Below the pieces are notes generated by a model that saw only the letters and a list, made by a program, of their open reading frames with translations, made no database searches and was not told where the DNA came from. Both the position numbers and the translations under genes were made by a program. Of a stretch of 32,306 bases of DNA, positions 1 to 9,594 are shown in pieces (the first letter of the stretch is position 1; every line of letters starts with the position of its first letter). The DNA is from a virus (Duplodnaviria; Heunggongvirae; Uroviricota; Caudoviricetes): IMG/VR virus record IMGVR_UViG_2802429237_000004, positions 1 through 32,306 of that record. One strand, 5' to 3'.

Positions 1-216
1 TTAGTAAGCAAATTGTTCCTGCATACCTTTTGGATGAGGCGGTGCTGCACTGATTTTTTGTGGACGGCATACTGATCGCACAAAAGTCTCATGCGTCACG
101 AAGGTATGCCCGCACTCAATGTTAGTGCACTGGTTGTAGCGTTCCTTGGTTTCATTGGAAACCTGGAAGCTGCTTCGGGTATGTGCCGCCTGCCCACATA
201 TAGGACAATTCATCAT
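1..216 (-). CDS. ogr: Late-gene transcription activator Ogr/B (C4 zinc finger)
   Basis: 71-aa ORF with CPxC...C..C spacing (CPICGQ...CTNIECGH) typical of P2 Ogr / 186 B; lies directly after tail gene D as in P2; stop codon at window positions 1-3. Confidence 0.85.
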   Translation of the reverse strand: MMNCPICGQAAHTRSSFQVSNETKERYNQCTNIECGHTFVTHETFVRSVCRPQKISAAPPHPKGMQEQFAY

Positions 217-283
217 AAAAATCAGCCCTCATTATTAACCAGTTCGCAATAATAATACATTATTGTTCGCAATTTGGAACTAA

Positions 284-1384
284 TCATTCTATTGCAAGGT
301 CATCAATCCTCACTTCAAGCTCCAGACTGGTCGTAAAACCATTATCCGGGCTGACAGTATGTGTCAGGGTGGTAATGGTCCATTCCGCATCATCTATCGG
401 CTGTTTAAAACCACTGACCTTCACAGGCATTTCCGTGTAGAGATCTGCCCGCCCTTCTGCCAGTTGTAGCGAAAATGACGCAACGCCGCGTTGCAGGCGT
501 TCCCACTGCATTTTCGCCGCTCGTTCGGCGTTGCTCCGGTTGGCATAAGTGCGATTAAGTACCAGCACGTTTTCATCCGTACCCACCAGGTAATCGCCCT
601 GCTTCGCTTCTGGCTCTTTCTTCTGCTTCTTAGTTCTGCGCTTACGCTTCACCGTGGTGCTTTCTTTCTTCGCAGGTTCGCGGGTATGCAACCAGCTGGC
701 AATTACGCCCGTGTAGGCTCCGCGATCTGCCAGGGTAAATCGGTGACTGTCGCCGTCCTTGCGTGTGATAGTGATCACTGGCAGAGGTTTACCAGTGGCG
801 CTTTTGCCCTGCCCCTGCCGGATGAATAACAGATTGCCATTTTTCACCGACGCGATGGCACCGTACTGTCGCGCCAGCCGCATCAGAAAACTGCCGTCAC
901 TCTCATTAGTCTGGTCTATATGCTCCACGGGCTTATCCGACAGGTCTTTACCCAGTGCCATCTTCAGCTTGTGCCGCGCGGCTATTTCCTTCACCACTTC
1001 CCCGACGGTGGTCTTATGCCACGATTTTTCACGGCGGGTATTCAGCGTTTCCCGAAAATCAGCACTTCGCGCCCGGATAGTCAGGCGGTCCGGTGCGCCA
1101 GTGTGTTCAATCTCGTCCACTGTGAATGCCCCTTTCGGGAAAAGCGGCTGCCCCTTCCAGCCCAGCGCCAGCGTAATAACCGCACCACGGCGCGGCAGCA
1201 CGATTTTTCCGTCAGCGTCATCCAGCTCCAGATCAAGCTGGTCCGCTTCAAAGCCCCGGTTATCCGTCAGCGTCAAACTCATCAGGCGGTTATCCAGCAC
1301 AGTGGTGATATCCCTGCCCTCAATACTGATGCTGAATGCGGGAGTTTTGTTGCCTTTGTTAAGCAGTTCAGAGCTGAAATTCAC
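284..1384 (-). CDS. D: Tail protein D (late control gene D family)
   Basis: 366-aa ORF at the end of the FI-FII-E-T-U-D tail block, 4-nt overlap with U; size and position match P2 gpD. Confidence 0.8.
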   Translation of the reverse strand: MNFSSELLNKGNKTPAFSISIEGRDITTVLDNRLMSLTLTDNRGFEADQLDLELDDADGKIVLPRRGAVITLALGWKGQPLFPKGAFTVDEIEHTGAPDRLTIRARSADFRETLNTRREKSWHKTTVGEVVKEIAARHKLKMALGKDLSDKPVEHIDQTNESDGSFLMRLARQYGAIASVKNGNLLFIRQGQGKSATGKPLPVITITRKDGDSHRFTLADRGAYTGVIASWLHTREPAKKESTTVKRKRRTKKQKKEPEAKQGDYLVGTDENVLVLNRTYANRSNAERAAKMQWERLQRGVASFSLQLAEGRADLYTEMPVKVSGFKQPIDDAEWTITTLTHTVSPDNGFTTSLELEVRIDDLAIE

Positions 1385-1866
1385 GACAGCAGCCCTCCCA
1401 CCGTTTTACTGATATCGCTTAAGGCAGACGTTGCCGTGTCCTGCAAATTATTCAGTTGCGCACTGAGATCACCGAACATATCGGACAGGGATTCATCCAC
1501 TCGTTTGAGCGACAGGGTGAACTCAATCCGGCGCGGCATACCGTCGCGGAAAAACTCCGTTTTAGTCTGATTCAGTCCCTCAATCACATACATGCCGTAA
1601 ATCGTGCCGCTGCCTTCAATCAGGGGCCATGCTTTCCCCTGTTCTGCCATCTGCTCCAGTGCCAGCAACGACAGCCTGCCGCCTGTTATTTCCGGCATAA
1701 GAACACCGGAAAGCGTCAGCATGTCGTTTTCCGGTCCCAGAAACTGCGTGGACGGACGTCGGTTTACCCGACTGTTTGCCGCATGTCGCCAGCTGCGTTG
1801 ATACTGCAGTTCCTGATACGGAACGGTGCGCAGCATAAACACGTACAATCCCAGCACCATCATCAT
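1381..1866 (-). CDS. U: Tail protein U
   Basis: 161-aa ORF between tape measure T and D, overlapping starts/stops; matches P2 gpU size and synteny. Confidence 0.8.
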   Translation of the reverse strand: MMMVLGLYVFMLRTVPYQELQYQRSWRHAANSRVNRRPSTQFLGPENDMLTLSGVLMPEITGGRLSLLALEQMAEQGKAWPLIEGSGTIYGMYVIEGLNQTKTEFFRDGMPRRIEFTLSLKRVDESLSDMFGDLSAQLNNLQDTATSALSDISKTVGGLLS

Positions 1867-4800
1867 GCGTCGTATCCCCCCTGATCGCTGTAGTTACTCC
1901 TGGCTTTTGCCTTCAGCCTGCGTTCACGTTCATCAAGCTGGCGTGCCACCTCCCGCGCAATATCCTGCGCACTTTGTCCTGGCTGCGTCTGAATGATGAT
2001 CTGCGTCGGTGCCTCAATCCGTTGAACGAGCGGCACAGTGGCTGCGCGACTCACAATTGCTTCTCCACCTTTCGCGGGAAGTGCCAAAGGGTGCAACGGT
2101 GGAAGCTCTGCTGGCGCGGCAGCAACGCCCATCATTCCGGCAACAACGGCAGCCAGTGCAGCTGTATTTCTCCGGCTGGTCACATTTGCCGGGCCGTTAA
2201 CAATTTCCGGCCCGTTTTCACCGACGATGCCAAACTGCCCGCGCGGGATATACCCGCCGCTGTCATACATCCCCGCAAAGCCATATCCCCATGATGGAAA
2301 ACCACCCGATGGCATCATCACTTTACCGTCTGCATTCACCGTCGCAGGTTGCTGACGCGTCACGCTTTCCGGCAGTTTTGCCTTTGCGGCCTCTTTACTG
2401 ACAATGCCGAGCTTCTCCAGCAACCAGGAAACGCCGGATTTCAGGGAGTCCAGCGGATGCATGACCATATTCAGCCCTTCCGCCAGTGCCTCCCCGAATC
2501 GCCGCCCCATTGCCGCTGCGCTCTGCAGTTCGGCAGAGGTCGACTTAACGGGCGTCAGCAGATCAGTAAACCAGCCCCACAGCGCCTGCACTTTGTCGCC
2601 AATCCACTGGAACACGGGCTTAAGCGGTTCGAACGCTGCACTGATGGGACCTGCCGCCGCTTTGAATCCTTCCACCACGCCACCGAGAAATGCGGTGATG
2701 GGTTGCCAGTATTTCCAGACAACCAGCGCCACGCCCGCCAGTGCAGTAACCACAAGACCTATCGGACTGAGCAGAGCACCTAACAGACCAGATATGGCAT
2801 ACAGGGCAACGCGCAGCATCGCCAGCGGGCCGGATGCGAGCACACGCAGCACCGCGCCTGCGGCAGCCAGCCCACCGCGTAGTGCTGCCAGTGGATTCAT
2901 AAACATCACAGCAACAGCACGTAAACCGGATAATCCAGAACGCAAAAGTGCAACCGGCGCACCTGCTACAGTTTTCAGGACATTCCCCATCAGTGATACC
3001 GTGCGACGCAAAGACGACAACGGAGCAGTAAGTAAACCCGCTGCGTTGCCCGATGAAGCAAGCCCGCGTCGCAGCAGTGCCAGTGGTGCGCCAGCCAGCC
3101 AGGACAACGCGCTGCTGGTTCGAGTTACTGCTGCCGTAACGGAAGGTAACGTTTTGATACCCAGCACAGAGAATCCCAGACGGATGACTGCCAGCGGCCC
3201 CAGCACTGCAGCCAGCGCCACCGCTAAGGTGCCGAGGCCTACGGTAACCGCAGCCACCACAGCCGCTACTTTCATCAGTGTGCCTGTCAGTTCCGGGTTA
3301 GCTTCCACCCAGCGGCGCAACGCCCCCATGATGCTTTTCACCGTGTACAGAATATCCATCAGCGGCTGGCGCAGCGTTTCGCCCAGGCTGCTGAAGGTGT
3401 TCTGCGCTCCGGTTTTGACCAGCAACCACTGAGCAGAAAGTGAGTCTTTGTTGATGTCGGATTCTTTCTGCATGGAACCGAGCGCATCATTGCCCGCTGT
3501 CAGTTTTAGCTGGCGCTGCAGTTCCGGAAGGTTGTTTGCCAGTTTCGCCGCGTCATCACCAAACTCTTTACCAAACAACATGGTCATGGCAGACAGACGC
3601 TTGTCCTGCGGCAGTGCGTTCACCTTCTCCAGCACACGCTGGATAGTTCCCATCGCATCCTTCGTCATCTGCTTTTCAATCACTTCAGGATTGAGTTTCA
3701 GCAGATTCATCCCTTCAAAGAAACTCTTGCTTTGCATGGTGGCAATGGACAATTCACGCACCATCGCGTTTGCTGCACTGGCTGCAACCTCCGGCGCAGC
3801 GCCCAGTGTCAGAAAGGTGGAACCCAGTGCCGCCGCTTTACGATAATCCAGACGGTCAGCCACACCGCCCAGACGTTGCATCACATCAATGATGTCCGCC
3901 CCTTTCGACATGGCGTTATCATCCAGATAGTTCAGCGCATCACCGAGCTGTTCAATATTGCGGGTAGGGATTTTGTAGAGCTGGGCGATTTTCCCCAGAC
4001 TTTCTGACAGTTCATCCGCTGGCAGCTCAAAGGCTGTTGCCGCCTTTGCTGCCGTGCTGGCGAAGGCCAGCAGATCACGTTTCTGGTCTTCCCAGCTGTC
4101 GTCAGGGTTTGCGACGTTCATGCGCGCCCCACCTTCAACCAGTGCAGCGAAGTCCACCGCACCGTTTTCCATCGGCAGCTGTTCGCTGGCAGCCTTGATG
4201 GCATCCTGCATTTCATAAAAACGTGCAGTGCGGTTGCCATTATCGTCACGCAGACCATTGACCTGCTTTGCCACACCTTTCATGGCATCTTCCATGCTGG
4301 TATAGCTTTTTACTGCCGCCATCACTGGCGCACCCATTGCCAGCCCTGCAGCCGTGGTAGTGGCTCCGGCTCCTGCGATGCGATCGCGCACTTCAAGCCG
4401 TCTTGAGTATTGTTCTCTGGCAGCGTTCATCCGTGCCTGTTGTTCACCCAGACGTTTAAGTGCTTTTTGCTGGCCCTCCAGTGCCTGCCTTGTTTCTTCA
4501 GCATTTTTCTTAAGTTCTCGCTGGGCACTACTGAGTTGTCTGGTATCAATCCCTGATTCTTTAAGTGCCTGACGTTGTCTCTGGACCGCCCCCAACAAGC
4601 CGTTATAGGTCTGCTGAAGTTCCTGTACTCGTGTTTTGGCCTGACTGAATAACTTTGCCTGCGCGGCGGTTGGCCTGTTAGTGGCAGCAAATTGTGTGGC
4701 GAGTTTTGCCGCCTCTTCGCGGGCTGCGTTCAGGTTGTTGGCTGTTATGGCTAGTTGCGAGCGCGTCTTGCGAAATTCATCAATTCTGCCAGCCTGCTTA

Positions 4801-4940
4801 TTCAGTTCTTTGAGGCTGTTTCGGGTATTCTGAATTGCGCCAGCCAGCTCTTTCGAACTGGCCTGTGCAGCACGGAATGGGCGGGTGAGTTTGTCAACCG
4901 CATTAAGAATGACCTGCAGCCGCAGGTTATTATCACTCAT
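1863..4940 (-). CDS. T: Tail tape measure protein
   Basis: 1025-aa ORF with a long Ala/Gln/Lys-rich coiled-coil N-half and a hydrophobic Gly/Ala/Leu-rich central segment, immediately downstream of the E/E' chaperone pair. Confidence 0.9.
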   Translation of the reverse strand: MSDNNLRLQVILNAVDKLTRPFRAAQASSKELAGAIQNTRNSLKELNKQAGRIDEFRKTRSQLAITANNLNAAREEAAKLATQFAATNRPTAAQAKLFSQAKTRVQELQQTYNGLLGAVQRQRQALKESGIDTRQLSSAQRELKKNAEETRQALEGQQKALKRLGEQQARMNAAREQYSRRLEVRDRIAGAGATTTAAGLAMGAPVMAAVKSYTSMEDAMKGVAKQVNGLRDDNGNRTARFYEMQDAIKAASEQLPMENGAVDFAALVEGGARMNVANPDDSWEDQKRDLLAFASTAAKAATAFELPADELSESLGKIAQLYKIPTRNIEQLGDALNYLDDNAMSKGADIIDVMQRLGGVADRLDYRKAAALGSTFLTLGAAPEVAASAANAMVRELSIATMQSKSFFEGMNLLKLNPEVIEKQMTKDAMGTIQRVLEKVNALPQDKRLSAMTMLFGKEFGDDAAKLANNLPELQRQLKLTAGNDALGSMQKESDINKDSLSAQWLLVKTGAQNTFSSLGETLRQPLMDILYTVKSIMGALRRWVEANPELTGTLMKVAAVVAAVTVGLGTLAVALAAVLGPLAVIRLGFSVLGIKTLPSVTAAVTRTSSALSWLAGAPLALLRRGLASSGNAAGLLTAPLSSLRRTVSLMGNVLKTVAGAPVALLRSGLSGLRAVAVMFMNPLAALRGGLAAAGAVLRVLASGPLAMLRVALYAISGLLGALLSPIGLVVTALAGVALVVWKYWQPITAFLGGVVEGFKAAAGPISAAFEPLKPVFQWIGDKVQALWGWFTDLLTPVKSTSAELQSAAAMGRRFGEALAEGLNMVMHPLDSLKSGVSWLLEKLGIVSKEAAKAKLPESVTRQQPATVNADGKVMMPSGGFPSWGYGFAGMYDSGGYIPRGQFGIVGENGPEIVNGPANVTSRRNTAALAAVVAGMMGVAAAPAELPPLHPLALPAKGGEAIVSRAATVPLVQRIEAPTQIIIQTQPGQSAQDIAREVARQLDERERRLKAKARSNYSDQGGYDA

Positions 4941-5369
4941 CGTTGGCCCCGCTTCTCTGAATCGCTTTATACCGCCATTCCAGCACTTCGGTCAGCGGCA
5001 TAACGTCAGTAACGGATGGCGGCCAGTGAAAGATGGTGGCGATATCAGCCACCAGATCGTCAACCGTCAGGCTGTCGGTAAACCGGCAAGCACCGACTTC
5101 TTCAACAAAAAAGTGACAACCTCAACCGACATGGCAGTGAGATCTGCCGGGTCCATCTCTGCAATTTCCTGTGCAGTCAGTGCCGGACTGGAGATGCGGG
5201 GGATCACGGTCATCATCGCGTTCACATCCATATCCATAATGGCCTGCAGACGTGTGCCGCGCAGCGCACCAGACTGCGGTTTACGCAACACAATTTCGGT
5301 AATTTCTGTTTTACCGCGCATGATAGGAGTATCCAGTTGAATGGTCTTTTCAGTCTGCTTATCGCTCAT
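4933..5369 (-). CDS. E': E+E' tail chaperone fusion made by programmed -1 frameshift
   Basis: Slippery T6G (minus strand, plus-strand coordinates about 5106-5112) near the end of E; the -1 frame read by hand is open for 56 codons (VEEVGACRFTDSL...RSGANDE) and stops at 4933-4935, overlapping the T start codon; about 144 aa total, close to P2 E+E'. Confidence 0.55.
5067..5369 (-). CDS. E: Tail assembly chaperone E
   Basis: 100-aa ORF between FII and T; its 3' end contains a TTTTTTG slippery heptamer as in P2 gene E. Confidence 0.75.
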   Translation of the reverse strand: MSDKQTEKTIQLDTPIMRGKTEITEIVLRKPQSGALRGTRLQAIMDMDVNAMMTVIPRISSPALTAQEIAEMDPADLTAMSVEVVTFLLKKSVLAGLPTA

Positions 5370-5423
5370 TTTGTTGTCCTGTAAATTGGGTTCTGGCGCG
5401 GCATTCCGCGCCGTTCAGATACA

Positions 5424-5939
5424 TCAGAGGCCGAGGGCGTTGCGGTGCGCTTCCATCAGGTCCACACCGTCCACAATTTCCACCATGTTGATAAGGTCCA
5501 CTTCATAAAGCACCTCACCATTGATGGTCAGCTTCGCGTAGCTGTTGGTACTGGTCACTTTGGTGGTGTTGCTTTCACCCGTCTTCCACTCACCGGAATC
5601 CACTTCTTTGTGACGTCCACGCACCACAAGCTCCACGGCCTGCACTTCCCCGGTATCGTCACGCTGGATAGAGCCGGTAAAGCGCAACTGGATGCCATCC
5701 ACCGTGGCTTTGCCCATCTGCTTAAACAGCAGCAGTTCAGTACCACCAATGGAAAATTCTGTGTCCAGCGCACTGTCATCAAGCCCCAGATCCACATCCA
5801 CTGCCCCCGGCATTCCGCCGCCGCGATACTTCTCATATTTGCGGGTGAATTTCGGCAGCGTCAGCGACTCAACGATCCCCTGCCAGTTGTTCCCGTCGTT
5901 AAACAGGTTCAGGTGTTTTAATTTGCGTGGTAAAGCCAT
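5424..5939 (-). CDS. FII: Tail tube protein FII
   Basis: 171-aa ORF directly downstream of the sheath gene; P2 gpFII size and position. Confidence 0.85.
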   Translation of the reverse strand: MALPRKLKHLNLFNDGNNWQGIVESLTLPKFTRKYEKYRGGGMPGAVDVDLGLDDSALDTEFSIGGTELLLFKQMGKATVDGIQLRFTGSIQRDDTGEVQAVELVVRGRHKEVDSGEWKTGESNTTKVTSTNSYAKLTINGEVLYEVDLINMVEIVDGVDLMEAHRNALGL

Positions 5940-5948
5940 GTTGTCCCC

Positions 5949-7121
5949 TTACGCGCTGACCTGGCTGGAGAAATTCACCAGGTACTGATCGGTGATGCGC
6001 TGACGCAGCATCAGGTTTTCAAGTGGCGGCACTGGCGTGTAGTCGTAGTCGATGGTGAGCTTCCCGGCTTTCAGCGTGTCTTTATCGTTCACCGACTCAT
6101 CCAGCCAGCAATCACCACCAATGAGATAGCCCTGACTGACCAGGCTACGCATTTTGGCGCGGATACCTTCGATAATGTCGCGCGCCAGCGACGGGTTCAG
6201 CGGTTTATCCACCGCCCACATGTGCGCTTCTGCCATCGTGTCCGTCAGCACCTGCGCCGTGCGGGTGTAGTTTTCGAAAGCAAAAAGCGGATCATCGCTC
6301 AGACAGCGGGAACCCCAGAAGCGGAAACCATCCTTGCGCACAAGCGTGGTGACGTCATTCTGGTTCAGCAGACCTGCATCGGTTGCCGGGTCCTGCAGAT
6401 CCCAGAACACATCAGCAGAAATTCCGGTGACACCGTTCACGCCCACGTTGGACAGGCTTTTGTGCCACCCGGTCTGCTCATCAATTTTGGCACGCAGACC
6501 AAGCGCACGAGCGGTGGCATATGCCGTTGCTTCGGCATTCAGCACCGTGTCCCAGCCAGTAAAGTCAGGCCAGATCAGCATTCCTTCGCGCTGGCTGAAG
6601 TTTTCACGGTAAGTGATCGCCTCCTGTACCGTCTTGCAGCCATACGCTGACAGGTAGGCAAACCCACGCAGGCTTTGCGCCACACTCAGCAACTCAGTCG
6701 CAACGGCTTTGTTATCGTGACCTGGCACGCCGAGAATGCGCGGTTTAACGCCGAGCTGTGTCTGGGCAGATAACAGGGCTTTCATGCCTGTTTTTTTACC
6801 TTCAGCGGTCACTGCGCCGATGATATTAGTCGTGGTTTCTTCTTCCGTTTCCCCCTGCGGCACACGCACAACAACGGTCACGGGTTTTGCCTGGTCAGCG
6901 ATGGCATCCAGCGAACGGGCCAGCGTGCCGGACTCACCCGCTTTACCGCTGGCGGTCAGTACATCAGTGATCAGCACGGGTTTATTAAGAGGAAACATTT
7001 TTGCATCGGCATCATCGCCCGTGCAGACCATACCCACGATGGCGGTGCTCACCGTGGTAATGGATCGGGTGCCTTCGTTGACTTCAACAACGCGCACCCC
7101 GTGGTGGTAATCCTGAGCCAT
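5949..7121 (-). CDS. FI: Contractile tail sheath protein FI
   Basis: 390-aa ORF heading the FI-FII-E-T-U-D operon; preceded by a TGT-N12-ACA late-promoter element. Confidence 0.9.
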   Translation of the reverse strand: MAQDYHHGVRVVEVNEGTRSITTVSTAIVGMVCTGDDADAKMFPLNKPVLITDVLTASGKAGESGTLARSLDAIADQAKPVTVVVRVPQGETEEETTTNIIGAVTAEGKKTGMKALLSAQTQLGVKPRILGVPGHDNKAVATELLSVAQSLRGFAYLSAYGCKTVQEAITYRENFSQREGMLIWPDFTGWDTVLNAEATAYATARALGLRAKIDEQTGWHKSLSNVGVNGVTGISADVFWDLQDPATDAGLLNQNDVTTLVRKDGFRFWGSRCLSDDPLFAFENYTRTAQVLTDTMAEAHMWAVDKPLNPSLARDIIEGIRAKMRSLVSQGYLIGGDCWLDESVNDKDTLKAGKLTIDYDYTPVPPLENLMLRQRITDQYLVNFSSQVSA

Positions 7122-7196
7122 AAGGCAGTCTCTCCGGTTGTAGAGGGGGTCTGCCTATGTTCTGGTTGATACGCGCAGGGTGCACGCGATGGGGCT

Positions 7197-7214
7197 TGTA
7201 TGGAAAATGGCACA
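7197..7214. promoter_or_regulatory. Candidate Ogr-dependent late promoter element (TGT-N12-ACA) for the FI operon
   Basis: tgtatggaaaatggcaca read directly in the sequence, centred about 85 nt upstream of the FI start codon; P2-type late promoters carry this partial dyad near -55. Confidence 0.5.
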
Positions 7215-7225
7215 ACGGCAGGGTG

Positions 7226-7249
7226 AAAAAATCCCCGCAGACGCGGGGC
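7226..7249 (-). terminator. Rho-independent terminator after tail fiber assembly gene G
   Basis: GC stem tccccgc/gcgggg with a 4-nt loop; on the minus strand it is followed by a run of T, immediately after the G stop codon. Confidence 0.55.
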
Positions 7250-7255
7250 AGGAAT

Positions 7256-7858
7256 TTAAAATTCTGGTAGTTCGGGCCAGGCAATATCAGGGGCAGTGCT
7301 GATATCTGTTGCCGTCACTGCATCGATGTAGTCAAGAACAGCATTAAGTTTTACTGTTTCTGCATCAGTTAATTTTCTTCCGGCCCGTAATTTCAGTTGA
7401 ATCAAACTAACGGAAGCCATTGCAGTATCAATCAGTGACCGACGCTGTGTTTCTGCCGCTTCTACTGCGGCGCGATGTTGTATTTCAGTATCCGTCACCC
7501 ATTTCTCACCATCCCATTTATCATATGGCGTTAACGGGGCGATATTGGTTGTATTTTCAGGGTAATCACCCGGATTTGTGATTTCTTTGGCATCTCCCGT
7601 TTCGGTGCTATAGACAGTTTCACCGCGATGGTCTGGCACATATTCCCATGAGTTTAAATCCGCAGAGCGGCAGATGGCATAACCAGCTTTATATGTTCCT
7701 GGTGCATCTAAACAGGAACATGCCGGAATACCGACACCAACAGCAAGATATTCAGTTGATGTGGAAATATATTCTCGTGTTTCACCATTATAATTATAGA
7801 CAGTAATATCCCCCGCCTTCGTGGCAATAAACTCGTTATTTAATACAGCATTATCCAT
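7256..7858 (-). CDS. G: Tail fiber assembly chaperone
   Basis: 200-aa ORF immediately downstream of tail fiber gene H with 1-nt overlap; P2 gpG position and size. Confidence 0.8.
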   Translation of the reverse strand: MDNAVLNNEFIATKAGDITVYNYNGETREYISTSTEYLAVGVGIPACSCLDAPGTYKAGYAICRSADLNSWEYVPDHRGETVYSTETGDAKEITNPGDYPENTTNIAPLTPYDKWDGEKWVTDTEIQHRAAVEAAETQRRSLIDTAMASVSLIQLKLRAGRKLTDAETVKLNAVLDYIDAVTATDISTAPDIAWPELPEF

Positions 7859-9594
7859 TATGCAGCCCTCACTATATAGTTAAATGCAATATTTCGCGCA
7901 CGTGTTTCCGTTGATGTTCTGGCAACACGTGATGCATCAAAATAATAATTCGCCTGTTTATATGTACCACCTGTCGCAATTGATGCGAGATTTGGTGTCA
8001 ATGTTGAAGAGGTAAATACGCCGACAGTATTATTATTTGGCCCCGTGGTCATATCCAAAAAGCTCCCTGTAATATTTTGCAGCGTATCGCTCTGAGCACT
8101 CAATAACGCTCGCCCACTGTCCACGCCACGCCCGTCATCCCAGCCACGAATAAACTCGCCACGAAGATCGGGTACTTTTCCTGATGGATATGCTGTAGCA
8201 AGTCGGGGATATTTCACCTTATCAAAGGCAGCACCATTGCATTTCAACCAGCCTGTCGGTGGAGTGGAAGAAGGCCACGGAACAGGGATACCTACAGGTA
8301 ATGCTGAACCTTCTCCCAAACCAAGGTACGCGAGAAGACCAGCAACATCCTTTCCACTCAAATTAGTCAGCGTATTGTCCAGCGGTTGTTTACCTGACAG
8401 AGCATTCAACATTGTCGTGGCAAAGTTCGGGTCATTTCCCAGCGCCGCCGCCAGTTCGTTCAGTGTATCCAGTGCAGCAGGTGCAGAACCCACCATTGCC
8501 GCAATTGCCGATTTCACAAAAGCCGTGGTGGCAATCTGTGTATTGTTGACCGACTGTGCCGCTGTAGGTGCTGTTGGCGTTCCGGTGAGTGCCGGACTCG
8601 ACAGTGGCGCTTTCAGTGCCAGCGCATTGTTAATGGTGGTACTGAATTTCGGGTCATTATTAATGGCTGCGGCTATTTCTTTCAGCGTGTCCAGCGTGGC
8701 GGGCGCGCCATTAATCAGGGCTTTCAGTGCCGCCTGAACAAACGCCGTGGTGGCAATCTGTGTATTGTTGACCGACTGTGCCGCAGTCGGCGCTGTTGGC
8801 GTCCCGGTAAGTGCCGGACTTGACAGTGGCGCTTTTAGTTCCAGCGCATTGTTAATGGTGGTGCTGAATTTCGGGTCATTGTTTATGGCTGCGGCTATTT
8901 CTTTCAGCGTGTCCAGCGTGGCTGGCGCACCATTAATAAGGGCCTTCAGTGCCGCCTGAACAAACGCGGTGGTCGCAAGTTGCGTGGTATTATTCCCCGC
9001 CGCTGGCGTTGGTGCTTTGGGGGTTCCGGTAAACGTCGGGCTGGCTTTTGGCGCGTACTGTGAATGCGGGTCCAGTGCGGCAAGATGTTTTGCCATCAGA
9101 TCATCCACGTACACCTTCAGCTCCAGTGCCTTGTCATCCACATACTTGCGGGTTGCCAGCACAACGGCAGGGTCGATTTTCAGGGTGATATTGTCCGTGC
9201 TGCTGGTTATCAGCACCATGCGCACGGTCTGGGTGCGCCCGCTGCCTTCAGCCAGTTGCGGTTTATAGCTTTCCGGGCAGTTCCCCACGGCAATCAATGC
9301 CCCTGACTCATCAAACAGGCCCACTTCACGTATCCACCAACCGCCCTCGTTTTCAGGGATCACCTGTTCAGCAATAATCTGGCTGCTGTTCTGCGGGTCG
9401 ATATAGAGCATATTCAGCGCAGCCCGGCGTTTCTCATTTACCAGTGCAGTCTGCTTTGCGTCCGGCGTCGGCAATACTCCGCCGCCATCGCCCACCGCCA
9501 TATGGGTAATTTTTAGCGGCACACCGAGCGCGGCGGCGCTGGCAAGTTTCGCCGCGCCAATATCCGTCAGCAGGGTATAAAATTTTGTGCTCAT
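7858..9594 (-). CDS. H: Tail fiber protein H
   Basis: 578-aa ORF with an N-terminal P2 H-like region, internal 74-aa tandem repeats, and a C-terminal receptor-binding-type region; followed by G. Confidence 0.85.
   Translation of the reverse strand: MSTKFYTLLTDIGAAKLASAAALGVPLKITHMAVGDGGGVLPTPDAKQTALVNEKRRAALNMLYIDPQNSSQIIAEQVIPENEGGWWIREVGLFDESGALIAVGNCPESYKPQLAEGSGRTQTVRMVLITSSTDNITLKIDPAVVLATRKYVDDKALELKVYVDDLMAKHLAALDPHSQYAPKASPTFTGTPKAPTPAAGNNTTQLATTAFVQAALKALINGAPATLDTLKEIAAAINNDPKFSTTINNALELKAPLSSPALTGTPTAPTAAQSVNNTQIATTAFVQAALKALINGAPATLDTLKEIAAAINNDPKFSTTINNALALKAPLSSPALTGTPTAPTAAQSVNNTQIATTAFVKSAIAAMVGSAPAALDTLNELAAALGNDPNFATTMLNALSGKQPLDNTLTNLSGKDVAGLLAYLGLGEGSALPVGIPVPWPSSTPPTGWLKCNGAAFDKVKYPRLATAYPSGKVPDLRGEFIRGWDDGRGVDSGRALLSAQSDTLQNITGSFLDMTTGPNNNTVGVFTSSTLTPNLASIATGGTYKQANYYFDASRVARTSTETRARNIAFNYIVRAA
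8522..8965. repeat. Near-identical 222-bp tandem repeat (two full copies) inside tail fiber gene H, with diverged copies on either side
   Basis: The string gccgtggtggcaatctgtgtattgttgaccgactgtgccgc recurs with a 222-nt period (starts near 8522 and 8744), with a diverged copy near 8966; it encodes a repeated 74-aa unit (PALTGTPTAPTAAQSVNNTQIATTAFVQAALKALINGAPATLDTLKEIAAAINNDPKFSTTINNAL). Confidence 0.85.

Noticed and set aside
2404-3432. 342-aa plus-strand ORF (Ala/Ser/Pro/Arg-rich) inside the tape measure gene
   Set aside because: Antisense shadow ORF within a GC-rich gene; low-complexity composition, no start context, and the minus-strand gene fully explains the region. The same applies to other plus-strand ORFs inside D, U, FI and H (for example 759-1412, 920-1570, 6222-6650, 8237-9268).
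7122-7255. Looked for cargo at the G/FI junction (Z/fun slot of P2)
   Set aside because: Only a 134-nt intergenic region holding a terminator and the late promoter element; no inserted gene.
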